From positions 288,001 to 352,000 of the forward strand of contig CAVPZX010000003.1 in the NCBI GenBank assembly GCA_963710375.1: 64,000 bases of DNA, in the 5' to 3' direction. Positions 38,117-47,149 of the stretch are shown in pieces. Under the pieces are notes generated by a model. It was given only the letters and a program-made list of their open reading frames with translations, did no database searches and was not told the origin of the DNA. The translations under genes were made by a program, and so were the position numbers. The stretch's first letter is position 1; every line of letters starts with the position of its first letter. The stretch comes from Nitrospirota bacterium (GTDB taxonomy: Bacteria > Nitrospirota > Thermodesulfovibrionia > Thermodesulfovibrionales > Dissulfurispiraceae).

Positions 38117-40692
38117 ATGGTCCCCTCAGCCTTCTTTTTCAGTTCGCCCAACTTTTTTAAAGCCTTTTGAGGTGTGAGCGAATCCATATCAAGTGAAAGA
38201 AGCTCGCGGGTAATCGGGTCGCCTGTGAAGAAGAGGTCCATTTGAGCATGACGCGGGAGCAGCGCCTTGGATTCCTTTTTTTCGAGCATGTCGAGTACCT
38301 CTTTAGACCGTTCGATTACCGCTGCCGGCAGCCCTGCAAGTCTCGCAACCTGGATGCCATAACTTTTGTCCGCAGGGCCGGCCTCGATCTTCCTCATGAA
38401 TATTACTTCATCTCCCCATTCCCTGACGACCACGTTATAGTTCTTAATACCTTCCATGGTAAGCGCAAGCTCGGTAAGTTCGTTGTAATGCGTAGCGAAG
38501 AGGGTGCGGGCTTTTATATTATTCACAAGGTATTCGGCAACCGCCCATGCTATGCTGATGCCGTCAAAGGTGCTTGTGCCCCTTCCTACCTCGTCGAGCA
38601 ATACCAGGCTCCTTCCGGTAGCATTATTCAGGATGTTGGCGCACTCTACCATTTCGACCATGAATGTGCTTTGTCCCCTGCCGATGAAATCGGAGGCCCC
38701 GATACGGGTGAATATCCTGTCTACTATCCCGATCTTTGCATCAGCCGCCGGAACGAAAGAACCGATTTGGGCCATAAGCACAATAAGGGCGTTCTGCCGC
38801 ATATAGGTTGACTTGCCGGCCATGTTCGGGCCGGTGATGACCAGCAGCCTGTTGTCGCCGCAGTCCATGATTGTATCGTTTGGAATGAATTTCTCATCTC
38901 CGGAGGAAATGCTGCGCGTATTGATAAGCCGCTCAATAACGGGATGCCTTCCATCGGATATTTCCAGTATATCATCATCTGATATGAGCGGTTTGTTGAA
39001 ATTATATCGCTTTGCTACGACAGTGAGGGACAGAAGAAAATCAACGGACGCAACCTGCAAAGAGGCGCGCAGCAGGCGGTTCGAATATTTTTGAATACTA
39101 TCAAGTATGGAAAGGAAAATAGTGTATTCAAGCTCTTTAAGACGGTCTTCGGCGCCCAGTACCTTTGTTTCGTATTCCTTCAACTCTGGAGTTATGAACC
39201 GTTCACCGTTAACAAGGGTCTGCTTGCGCAGGTAATCATCAGGCACAAGATGGAGATTGGATTTTGTTACCTCAATATAATAGCCGTATATTTTATTGAA
39301 CCCCACTTTAAGCGAATTTATGCCGGTGCGCAGCCGTTCATCGGCTTCCAGCCCTGCAATAAAATCTTTGCCGCTGACTGAAATGTTTCTTAGTTCATCA
39401 ACCTCTCTGTTGTATCCTTTCTTCAGTATACCCCCGTCCCTCGGGTTGGCCGGAGGATTATCCATTATGCTGAAATCGATCAAATCCACAAGTTCATGAA
39501 ATTCAGGCAGTTCTTTGCCCAGTTCCTTAATATAGGGGTTTTGAGAGGATGCAAGATGTTTTTTTATCTCGGGCAGCCGCTCAATAGAATCTCCCAAAGC
39601 TATGACATCCCTCGGACCCGCGGAACGGGCGACGATGCGAGAGAGTATACGGTCGATATCCTGTATCTTCCTCAATATAGTCCTGAGATTCTCCGTCAGC
39701 TCATAGTCTTCGATTATGGCGCCGACAGCATCCTGACGTTTAACGATTTCCGCTGATGAAAGGAGAGGCCTGGTAAGGGCCCTCCTGAGGAATCGCCCGC
39801 CCATAGGGGTGAGCGTTTCGTCCAGCACCCACAGCAGAGAACCTTCGGTTGCGCCGTCTTTAAGATTGTGTGTAATCTCAAGGTTACGAATGGTTACGGC
39901 ATCAAGGAACATATGTTCTGCCTGGTTGAGGACAGAAATTTTTTTAAAGGTCAGGAATTTCTGCGTCTCCTCAAGATAGCTGATCAGGGCCCCTGCAGAG
40001 GAAATACCGGCATCCATTTCGTTCAATCCGTAACCATCGAGAGACGAAACCTTGAAATATTTAAGCAGGACTTTATAAGCTTCACCGTAATCGAAGTACC
40101 AGTCATCATAATAGGAAACAAAATATGTTCCGGACAACTCCTCGTAATGAAAATTGTCTTTCAGACTTTGGGGGCAGAGTATTTCCCGCGGCTCGTATCT
40201 TGACAGTTCATCTTCCAGTGGTTTATCGGTTTCATAGACAGTGAATTCACCGGTTGAAAGGTCGGCCACGGTAATACCCAGCTTCCCCCGGTTGGCAAGG
40301 ATGCTCATAATGTTCGCATTTTCTTTAGGCTGCTCAGGAATGTGGGTTCCCGGAGTTATCACGCGCACCACTTCTCTCTGGATTATGCCCTTGTCAGGAC
40401 TCTTTTCGAGTTTAGGGTCTTCAATCTGTTCGCAAATAGCTACCTTATGACCTGCCTTAATGAGTTTCGAAATATATGTATCGACCGAGAAATAAGGCAC
40501 GCCGCACATTGGGGTTGGGTCCTCTTTGTTCTTGTCCCTGGTGGTGAGCGCTATCTGCAATATGCCTGAAGCCAGTTTCGCGTCATCTTCAAACATCTCA
40601 TAGAAGTCGCCGAGCCTGAAAAGGACTATGGCATCGGGGTATTTTTCCTTAATGCTGTAATATTGCTTCATCAAAGGGGTCAATTCTGACAC
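38113..40692 (-). CDS. mutS: DNA mismatch repair protein MutS
   Basis: TPLMKQY, FRLGDFYEMF, TGPNMAGKSTYMRQ, DEVGRGTST, SYGIQVARLAG. Confidence 0.98.
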   Translation of the reverse strand: MSELTPLMKQYYSIKEKYPDAIVLFRLGDFYEMFEDDAKLASGILQIALTTRDKNKEDPTPMCGVPYFSVDTYISKLIKAGHKVAICEQIEDPKLEKSPDKGIIQREVVRVITPGTHIPEQPKENANIMSILANRGKLGITVADLSTGEFTVYETDKPLEDELSRYEPREILCPQSLKDNFHYEELSGTYFVSYYDDWYFDYGEAYKVLLKYFKVSSLDGYGLNEMDAGISSAGALISYLEETQKFLTFKKISVLNQAEHMFLDAVTIRNLEITHNLKDGATEGSLLWVLDETLTPMGGRFLRRALTRPLLSSAEIVKRQDAVGAIIEDYELTENLRTILRKIQDIDRILSRIVARSAGPRDVIALGDSIERLPEIKKHLASSQNPYIKELGKELPEFHELVDLIDFSIMDNPPANPRDGGILKKGYNREVDELRNISVSGKDFIAGLEADERLRTGINSLKVGFNKIYGYYIEVTKSNLHLVPDDYLRKQTLVNGERFITPELKEYETKVLGAEDRLKELEYTIFLSILDSIQKYSNRLLRASLQVASVDFLLSLTVVAKRYNFNKPLISDDDILEISDGRHPVIERLINTRSISSGDEKFIPNDTIMDCGDNRLLVITGPNMAGKSTYMRQNALIVLMAQIGSFVPAADAKIGIVDRIFTRIGASDFIGRGQSTFMVEMVECANILNNATGRSLVLLDEVGRGTSTFDGISIAWAVAEYLVNNIKARTLFATHYNELTELALTMEGIKNYNVVVREWGDEVIFMRKIEAGPADKSYGIQVARLAGLPAAVIERSKEVLDMLEKKESKALLPRHAQMDLFFTGDPITRELLSLDMDSLTPQKALKKLGELKKKAEGTI

Positions 40693-40724
40693 AGCTGAAC
40701 CCTCACGCTATTAAACCATAGAAT

Positions 40725-40815
40725 GTGAATAGTGAAAAGTGAATGGTAAAAAAGGGAAACAAATGTGTTCAATGATCATTACGTCACTATTCTCCATTCA
40801 CTATTCACCTTTCAC
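40725..40815. repeat. Heptamer tandem-repeat hairpin upstream of mutS
   Basis: (gtgaaWN)x3-4 followed by the complementary (ttcac..)x4 arm. Confidence 0.8.
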
Positions 40816-40884
40816 TTTCTTTTAACGATATTTTTGATTATACAACATACTGCGTGCATATATAAAAGGTTAGAGCATAATCAG

Positions 40885-40913
40885 TTGACATTACTCAGTT
40901 TATCTGTTACTTT
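40885..40913 (+). promoter_or_regulatory. Sigma70-type promoter, copy 1
   Basis: TTGACA-N17-TACTTT with TGn extension; ATG begins 5 nt after the -10 box; homologous to 43573-43601. Confidence 0.7.
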
Positions 40914-40918
40914 AACCT

Positions 40919-42524
40919 ATGGGCATTGAGACGGAAAAAGGGAATGGCATAGTGCCCCATACGGAAGAAAGTCACCAGAGTACGACAGATCTTATCCTGG
41001 CAAGGCTGCAGGAATACCACGACTTCCCGGCTATGTCAAATACTGTTGATGTTATGAATCGGTTCAAGGCTTCCGAAGATGTCTCAGTTTCCGAATTTGC
41101 CAATATTATTTTGAAGGATTATGGTTTAACGTCAAAGATTTTGAAACTTGTAAACAGCGTCAGCTATGCTCAGTTCGGAGAGGTTACGACTATTTCTCGT
41201 GCAATAGTCCTCATTGGGTTTGAAAACATCAAGAATCTTGCTGTTACACTGATGCTTTTTGATTATTTCCAGAAAAACAGACTCAAATCCCGAGCATGTG
41301 GATACAAAGGTCAAATCCTTATACAGCGCAATCATGGCTCAGAAGGTCTCGCATGAGAAATCTTTAGACAATGAGGAAGAAGCGTTTATCTGTTCGCTTT
41401 TCCACACTTTCGGCAAAATGCTGGTGACCTTTGCCCTGCCGGAGAAAATAGAGGAAATAAAACTTCTCAGCAGTGAAAAAGGTATTTCAGAAAATGAGGC
41501 TGCACTCTCTGTCCTCGGCGAGCGTTATGAAGAGGTGGGCGTTGCAATGGCCAGGGACTGGCATTTTCCGACCATAATCATTAATAGCATGCACAAACTC
41601 CGCGGCATGGAAATTACTACCGGCGCCGACAAACTCGATAAACTCAATGTCGTTGCCTTCTTCTCCAATGAAGTCGCTAATATATTGTCGACAACTACTA
41701 ATAAATATGAGATGGATGAGAAAATCGGAAAACTCGCAAGAACGTTCAGGCCCCACCTGGGTGATCTGGACAGGAGGATGGACAGAATCATCAATGCGAG
41801 TCTTGATGACCTGAATGAGTTTTCAAGAATTTTTAATGTCAATCTTAGCGCGGTCCCTTTTACAAGGCAGTTGCTGGTATGGGCCGGTAAGCCGGAGCAG
41901 GCTGTGCAACCCAAAAACGAGCTGCTCTTCGCTGACTTTTCGACTGAAGAGCTTGAAACTATTGATATTATCCTTGATTCCGAAAAAAGAGACACCCCCG
42001 AAAGTATTTTCACGAAGGGCATTCAGGATATCAATAGTTCGATACTGAGCGATTTCAACATCAACGATGTCGTCAGGATTGTGCTGGAAACCATGTACAG
42101 GGGCATGCAATTGTCGGGGCAGGCAAAGGCCCTGTTCCTGGTAAAGGAGACCAAAGCGCCTATAATGAAGGTCAGATTCGGGTTCGGGAGCCGGGTTGAG
42201 GAACTGAAAAAATGGTTCGAAATTTCACTAGACGACCCCACCGACATCTTCAATATATCTATAGTCAAGGGGCATGACCTTGTAGTGAAGAACATCGAGT
42301 CTCCCGATATTAAAAAGTTGCTGCCCAAATGGTTCAGAAGCAAGGCATTTTCGAGGATCTTTTTTGTCATTTTGCCTATCATAGTTAATAAAAAGCCTTT
42401 GGGGATATTCTATATAGAGGGGGACAGGGAAGACTTTCAGAAAGTTTCCGCCGTGCATTTAAACTACCTGAAAATGTTGCGCGATCAGACGGTCGTGGCT
42501 ATCAGACAGAAACATTGGTACTAA
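40919..42524 (+). CDS. HDOD plus C-terminal GAF-like protein, copy 1 (+1 frameshift at 41281)
   Basis: DFPAMS, ILKDYGLTSKILKLVNS, TISRAIVLIG, EEAFICSL.H.FGK, W.FP. Colinear with 44817-46391 once the extra A is removed. Start at 40919 or the GTG at 40952. Confidence 0.85.
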
Positions 42525-43013
42525 ATGAAGATCCCCGAACCTAATATGACTTTTGTCTTTATTGCGAAGGAGGAGATACTCCGGAACATTGTCAACACCC
42601 ATGATTTTATCCTGGTCCAGGGCTGGAAAGGTACAGGAAAGACTGTTACCGCGCTTAAAGCCGTCGCCGGGATGGGAGATATATATTATTATAATGGGTC
42701 GGCAGAGGAAATACCGCAACATACCGGCCAACTGAACGTTGTGAAAAACTGCCAGGAGCTGCGCGCCATTCAGCCCGGGAAGCAGTGCATCATCTTCGAT
42801 AATCTGAACCATCTCGACAGTGAAGCGCGCAATATTTTAAAGGATATGATACTGGAAAGGATAAAAGACAGAAAAATACTTGTTATCACACAAGTGGTGC
42901 TCGATGCGCAGGACATCCTGGGGAATATGGATGTTGTTGTTCGCTTCAGGCAGAACACCGCGGAGATGCTGGATACGAAATTGTATAACCTAAATAGTTG
43001 TTGCCGTTTTTAA
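42525..43013 (+). CDS. Small P-loop NTPase, copy 1
   Basis: Walker A GWKGTGKT; Walker B-like CIIFDN; 162 aa. Confidence 0.8.
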   Translation: MKIPEPNMTFVFIAKEEILRNIVNTHDFILVQGWKGTGKTVTALKAVAGMGDIYYYNGSAEEIPQHTGQLNVVKNCQELRAIQPGKQCIIFDNLNHLDSEARNILKDMILERIKDRKILVITQVVLDAQDILGNMDVVVRFRQNTAEMLDTKLYNLNSCCRF

Positions 43014-43022
43014 AATTCGTGC

Positions 43023-43063
43023 ATCTGAGCGCCTGAATGCGCAAGTTATTTATTCGCGAGCCC
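43023..43063. mobile_element. Solo end of family A MITE
   Basis: atctgagcgcctgaatgcgcaagttatttattcgcgagccc matches 48714-48754. Confidence 0.85.
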
Positions 43064-43508
43064 TCAATTCCATGTATAGCTTTTTTTTCTCACATGCCCC
43101 TTTCCAGCCGCACCCGTTGCAGGATGATTCATACCATGCCCGAAAGATTGAGGGAAGCATATTCCGGATGTCCGTCCATCTGACAAACTGGCCGGATAAA
43201 AGTCCGAGCAGACGCAAGGCCAGACGGTCCATGGCCAGGATGTCATCCTCAACCTGGGCGCTGTGCATGCACCTGTTAAATTTCAAAGAAGGGCAGTATT
43301 TACAAATGGCATCGGCCCCGTTATGCACCTGAACTATGCCCTCTTCCGCGACACCAATAACGTTCCTCAAGTTTTCGACAAACGCGGCGTCATAGCCTTC
43401 GCCCGAGAAAAAATGAAGACAGATTAGGTGATGGCCCCTTAATGAGCAACTCTCAATCTTTTGGCTGTGGTTCTTCTTAAATGCGCTTTTCAGGCTAATC
43501 AATGACAT
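43050..43508 (-). CDS. DUF1284-family Cys/His-rich protein
   Basis: LRGHHLICL.FF.GEGY...FVEN, DAIC..CP, C..C.W...C. Confidence 0.8.
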   Translation of the reverse strand: MSLISLKSAFKKNHSQKIESCSLRGHHLICLHFFSGEGYDAAFVENLRNVIGVAEEGIVQVHNGADAICKYCPSLKFNRCMHSAQVEDDILAMDRLALRLLGLLSGQFVRWTDIRNMLPSIFRAWYESSCNGCGWKGACEKKKLYMELRARE

Positions 43509-43572
43509 TATTAATTATATAACATACCTAGTGCATATATAAACGGTTAGAGCATCTTCGGTAGCGGGTCAG

Positions 43573-43601
43573 TTGACAGAGCCCAATATATCTGTTAGTT
43601 T
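43573..43601 (+). promoter_or_regulatory. Sigma70-type promoter, copy 2 (leaderless arrangement)
   Basis: TTGACA-N17-TAGTTT with TGn extension; GTG start 5 nt after the -10 box, no SD. Confidence 0.7.
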
Positions 43602-43606
43602 AACTT

Positions 43607-44800
43607 GTGGACAAGTTGAAGGGAAGAGATATTATCGAAAAGATCAAGGCCGGCTATTCGCTGCCTTCTCTATCAGCCGTTGCACTCAGGCTCGTTGAAA
43701 TAGCATCCAACGAATATGTTTCCCTGAGTGAAATGGCGGACCTTATTGAGAAGGACCCCGGTCTTACGGTCCGTCTGGTCACTATTGCCAACAGCGCATT
43801 TTTCAGGTCTACGGATCCGGTCTCGACTGTGGAGCAATCTGTCATGAGAGTCGGCGTCAACCATTTAAGAATCATGGCTTTATCATTGTCACTGAGAGAT
43901 ACGTTCCCGATGGGCAAACTCGGTCCAATGGATTACGAGAAGTTCTGGCGTTCTTCGCTCTACCAGGCATTAATCGCGAAATCTTTTGCACAAAGGTTGC
44001 AGACATGCAGTCCTGAAGAGGCCTTTGTTGCCGGTCTTGTCCTGGAGATCGGGCTGCTGATATTTGTTGACACCTTCTTAAAGGGACATGTAATTGAAAA
44101 GAATCTGGACCTTCATCCTTTGGAGAAACTCCTGGAATGGGAGGCCATGCATTACAGGACCGATCACAGGGAGATCGGGGCTGCAGCGCTGAGTTATTGG
44201 AAGTTTCCTTCAGTTATTATAGAATGCCAGCATGTCCATAATATAGAATCCAGGGACGAACAGGTACCTCCTCTGGCCCTGATCTGTGAAATGGCGCGTG
44301 AATTCTCCGCGCTAATTTGTGAAGAATCGATGGAGTGGAGCCCGCTTTTCAGCAGGGCTGAAGCTATGTACGGCATTAATCAGGGTTTGCTCACAGATAT
44401 TCTTGTCGCCACATTTGATGAGGTCCAGGAGGTTGCCGATGGACTCAAGGTCAATATGAACAAGGAGAAAGATCTTATCGCTCTCATCGAAAAAGCGAAC
44501 CTTTCTCTGGGCGGTCTTTCGGAAAAGATGCTAAAGCTTCAGGAAACAGCATTAAAACATGGCTTGCCGTCTTTCGAAAGTCTGGGAGATCTCGAAGAAA
44601 AGTCAGCCGTAAGGGACACGTTGCAGGCAGTAGCGCATGAGATAAGGAACCCGCTTCTGGCGGTCAGCGGTTTTGCGAAGAAACTTTCGACAGCCCTCGA
44701 CCCTGCCTCTGACGGCTGGAAATATGTACAGGTAATTGTCGAGGAGTCCAGGAGGCTCGAAAGCGCTCTGGCAAACATGACCTGCTCTAACAAGTGCTGA
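43607..44800 (+). CDS. HDOD plus HisKA (DHp) protein lacking an HATPase domain
   Basis: LPSLS, DPGLTVRL..IANSAFF, FWRSS, EEAFVAGL..EIG, W.FP; H-box AVAHEIRNPL...GF, E..RLE, then stop. Confidence 0.85.
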   Translation: MDKLKGRDIIEKIKAGYSLPSLSAVALRLVEIASNEYVSLSEMADLIEKDPGLTVRLVTIANSAFFRSTDPVSTVEQSVMRVGVNHLRIMALSLSLRDTFPMGKLGPMDYEKFWRSSLYQALIAKSFAQRLQTCSPEEAFVAGLVLEIGLLIFVDTFLKGHVIEKNLDLHPLEKLLEWEAMHYRTDHREIGAAALSYWKFPSVIIECQHVHNIESRDEQVPPLALICEMAREFSALICEESMEWSPLFSRAEAMYGINQGLLTDILVATFDEVQEVADGLKVNMNKEKDLIALIEKANLSLGGLSEKMLKLQETALKHGLPSFESLGDLEEKSAVRDTLQAVAHEIRNPLLAVSGFAKKLSTALDPASDGWKYVQVIVEESRRLESALANMTCSNKC

Positions 44801-44816
44801 AAAAGGGGATGGCATA

Positions 44817-46391
44817 GTGTCACAAACGCAAGAAAATGGCCAGAGCACAAAAGATCTGATCCTGGCAAGGCTGCAGGAAAACAGTGATTTTCCTGCCATG
44901 TCTAATACCATGAACATGATTAATCAGTTGAAGGCTGCCGAAGACGCCTCTGTTACTGAATTAGCCAATATTGTTTTGAGGGATTATGCATTGACGTCGA
45001 AGATCATAAAAGTTGTAAACAGCGTCAGTTATTCCCAGTTCGGGGAAGTCACTACTATTTCCCGTGCAATCAATCTGCTTGGGTTTGAAAACATCAAGAA
45101 TCTTTGCCTCACTTTAATGCTTTTTGGTCATTTCCGGGAGAACAGCTCAAATGTCGAACATGTAGATACTATGATCAAATCTTTTTACAGCGGATTCCTG
45201 GCCCAGAAGATATGCGGCGAGGTATCCTTTGAGAACAAGGAAGAGGCGTTTATCTGTTCGCTGCTCCACAATTTCGGCAAGATGCTGATATCCTTTGCCT
45301 TGCCTGAAACAATAAAGGAGGTAAAATCTGTAAGCCATGAAAGAGGTATTTCAGAAGATGCGGCTGCCCTTTCGGTCCTCGGCGGGAGATATGAGGAGAT
45401 AGGCATGGCAATAGCCAAGGGATGGAATTTCCCGACCAAGATCATTCGCAGCATGCACAAACTCAGCAGAACGGAAGTCAAAGACTCGTCCGATGAGATC
45501 GATCAGCTCATTAGCATTGCTTCCCTTTCCAATGAAATATCGAACATACTATCGAGCAGTTCGGAAAAGAAGGAGATGGATGAGAGGCTTGGCAAACTTG
45601 CCGACATGTTCAAGACTACTTTCACCGGGTTGAACCGCAAGGTGATAACCGGTGTTATTAATGAAAGTCTTGAAGACCTGAATCAGTTTTCGGCTATTTT
45701 TCATATCAACATGGATGAAGTTCCCTTTAACTGGCAGTTGATGACCTGGTCGGACAAGGTGGTCGAACCGTCAGCAACGGTTGCAGGAGTTCTACACGCG
45801 GACTTTACATCTGAACAACTAAAGTCGATTGATGTTATTGCCGGATCTGAAAAAGAAGATACCCCGGATAGCGTATTCTCAAAGGGCTTGCACGATGTCA
45901 CTTGTTCATTATTGAGCAGTTTCTCGCTGAACGATATAATAAGGATTGTGCTGGAAACTATATACAGAGGCATGCAGCTGTCAGGGGAGGGGAAAACCCT
46001 CTTTTTGGTCAAGGATACAGAGGCCCCTGTCATGAGAATAAGATTCGGGTTAGGGAGCGGGATTGAGGGATTGAAGAGGTGGTTTAATGTTACGTTGGAT
46101 GATTCCGGCGATATTTTTAATAAGGCGATAGTTAAGCAGCATGATCTCGTTATCAAGAGCGTCGAGCCTCCAGCTATTAAAAAATTGTTGCCCGAATGGT
46201 TCAAACATAGGGCATCTGCCGGAATCTTTTTTATTGTTTTACCTATTATAATAAATAATAAACCGATCGGTATGTTTTATGTAGAAGGGAATAAGAAAGA
46301 ATTTCTGAAAGTCTCAGCTGAACATTTAAACTACCTGAAAATGTTGCGCGATCAGACGGTCGTTGCGATCAAACAGAAACGTTGGAGCTAA
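44817..46391 (+). CDS. HDOD plus C-terminal GAF-like protein, copy 2
   Basis: Intact paralog of 40919-42524; ends LPIIINNKPIGMFYVEG...LKMLRDQTVVAIKQ. Confidence 0.88.
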   Translation: MSQTQENGQSTKDLILARLQENSDFPAMSNTMNMINQLKAAEDASVTELANIVLRDYALTSKIIKVVNSVSYSQFGEVTTISRAINLLGFENIKNLCLTLMLFGHFRENSSNVEHVDTMIKSFYSGFLAQKICGEVSFENKEEAFICSLLHNFGKMLISFALPETIKEVKSVSHERGISEDAAALSVLGGRYEEIGMAIAKGWNFPTKIIRSMHKLSRTEVKDSSDEIDQLISIASLSNEISNILSSSSEKKEMDERLGKLADMFKTTFTGLNRKVITGVINESLEDLNQFSAIFHINMDEVPFNWQLMTWSDKVVEPSATVAGVLHADFTSEQLKSIDVIAGSEKEDTPDSVFSKGLHDVTCSLLSSFSLNDIIRIVLETIYRGMQLSGEGKTLFLVKDTEAPVMRIRFGLGSGIEGLKRWFNVTLDDSGDIFNKAIVKQHDLVIKSVEPPAIKKLLPEWFKHRASAGIFFIVLPIIINNKPIGMFYVEGNKKEFLKVSAEHLNYLKMLRDQTVVAIKQKRWS

Positions 46392-46392
46392 A

Positions 46393-46869
46393 ATGGAATG
46401 CCCGGCCCCTCAAATGGCTTTTATTGCGAAGGAAGAGATACTCCGGAACATCGTCAGTACACATGCTGTCATACTGATCGAAGGCTGGAAAGGTACAGGG
46501 AAGACTATTACCGCGCTTAAAGCCGTCAACGGCAAGGGAGATATCTACTATTACAACGGTACGGCGGGGGAAATACCGCAGTGTTCCATCCAACCGAACA
46601 TTGTGAAAAACTGTCAGGAACTGCGCGCCATTCCGCCCGGAAAACAGTGCATCATCTTTGATGATCTGAACCGTCTGGACAGCGAAGCACGCAGTATTTT
46701 AAAGGATATGGTGCTGGAAAGGAAGAAAGACAGGAAAATAGTCGTTATCACGCGGGTGGTTCTCGATGCACAGGACATTCTGGAAAATATGGATGTTGTT
46801 GTTCGCTTCAAGCAGAATACCGCAGAGATGCTGCATACGAAACTGTATGAGCTGGACAGCTTTCAGTAA
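46393..46869 (+). CDS. Small P-loop NTPase, copy 2
   Basis: GWKGTGKT, CIIFDD; close paralog of 42525-43013. Confidence 0.8.
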   Translation: MECPAPQMAFIAKEEILRNIVSTHAVILIEGWKGTGKTITALKAVNGKGDIYYYNGTAGEIPQCSIQPNIVKNCQELRAIPPGKQCIIFDDLNRLDSEARSILKDMVLERKKDRKIVVITRVVLDAQDILENMDVVVRFKQNTAEMLHTKLYELDSFQ

Positions 46870-46874
46870 CAATG

Positions 46875-47093
46875 CAATTCAGACAGTAGATGATTCTCTT
46901 TCGCTACTCTCCGTTTTGACAGTTCTATGACTCGTTTCGCTACAGTCGCAAAATTCCCTTCGGTCAGTTTCGCTCCTGACTGCCACCCCAAAAGTCTGTG
47001 ACTTTTGGGGACCCCGGACTTTTACGCTCACTCGCCAAGAACTGTTTCCAAAACTCCGCTAATGCTTCAGAGATTCATCTACTGTCTGAATTG
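46875..47093. mobile_element. MITE-like element, family B (copy 3)
   Basis: TIRs caattcagacagtagatga / tcatctactgtctgaattg; interior related to 26805-26994, plus an extra ccccaaaagtc-tgt-gacttttgggg hairpin. Confidence 0.85.
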
Positions 47094-47149
47094 AACTTCA
47101 GTAACGATGTCCTCTTCCTCTGCCTCAATACAGTATAATAAAATAAATT

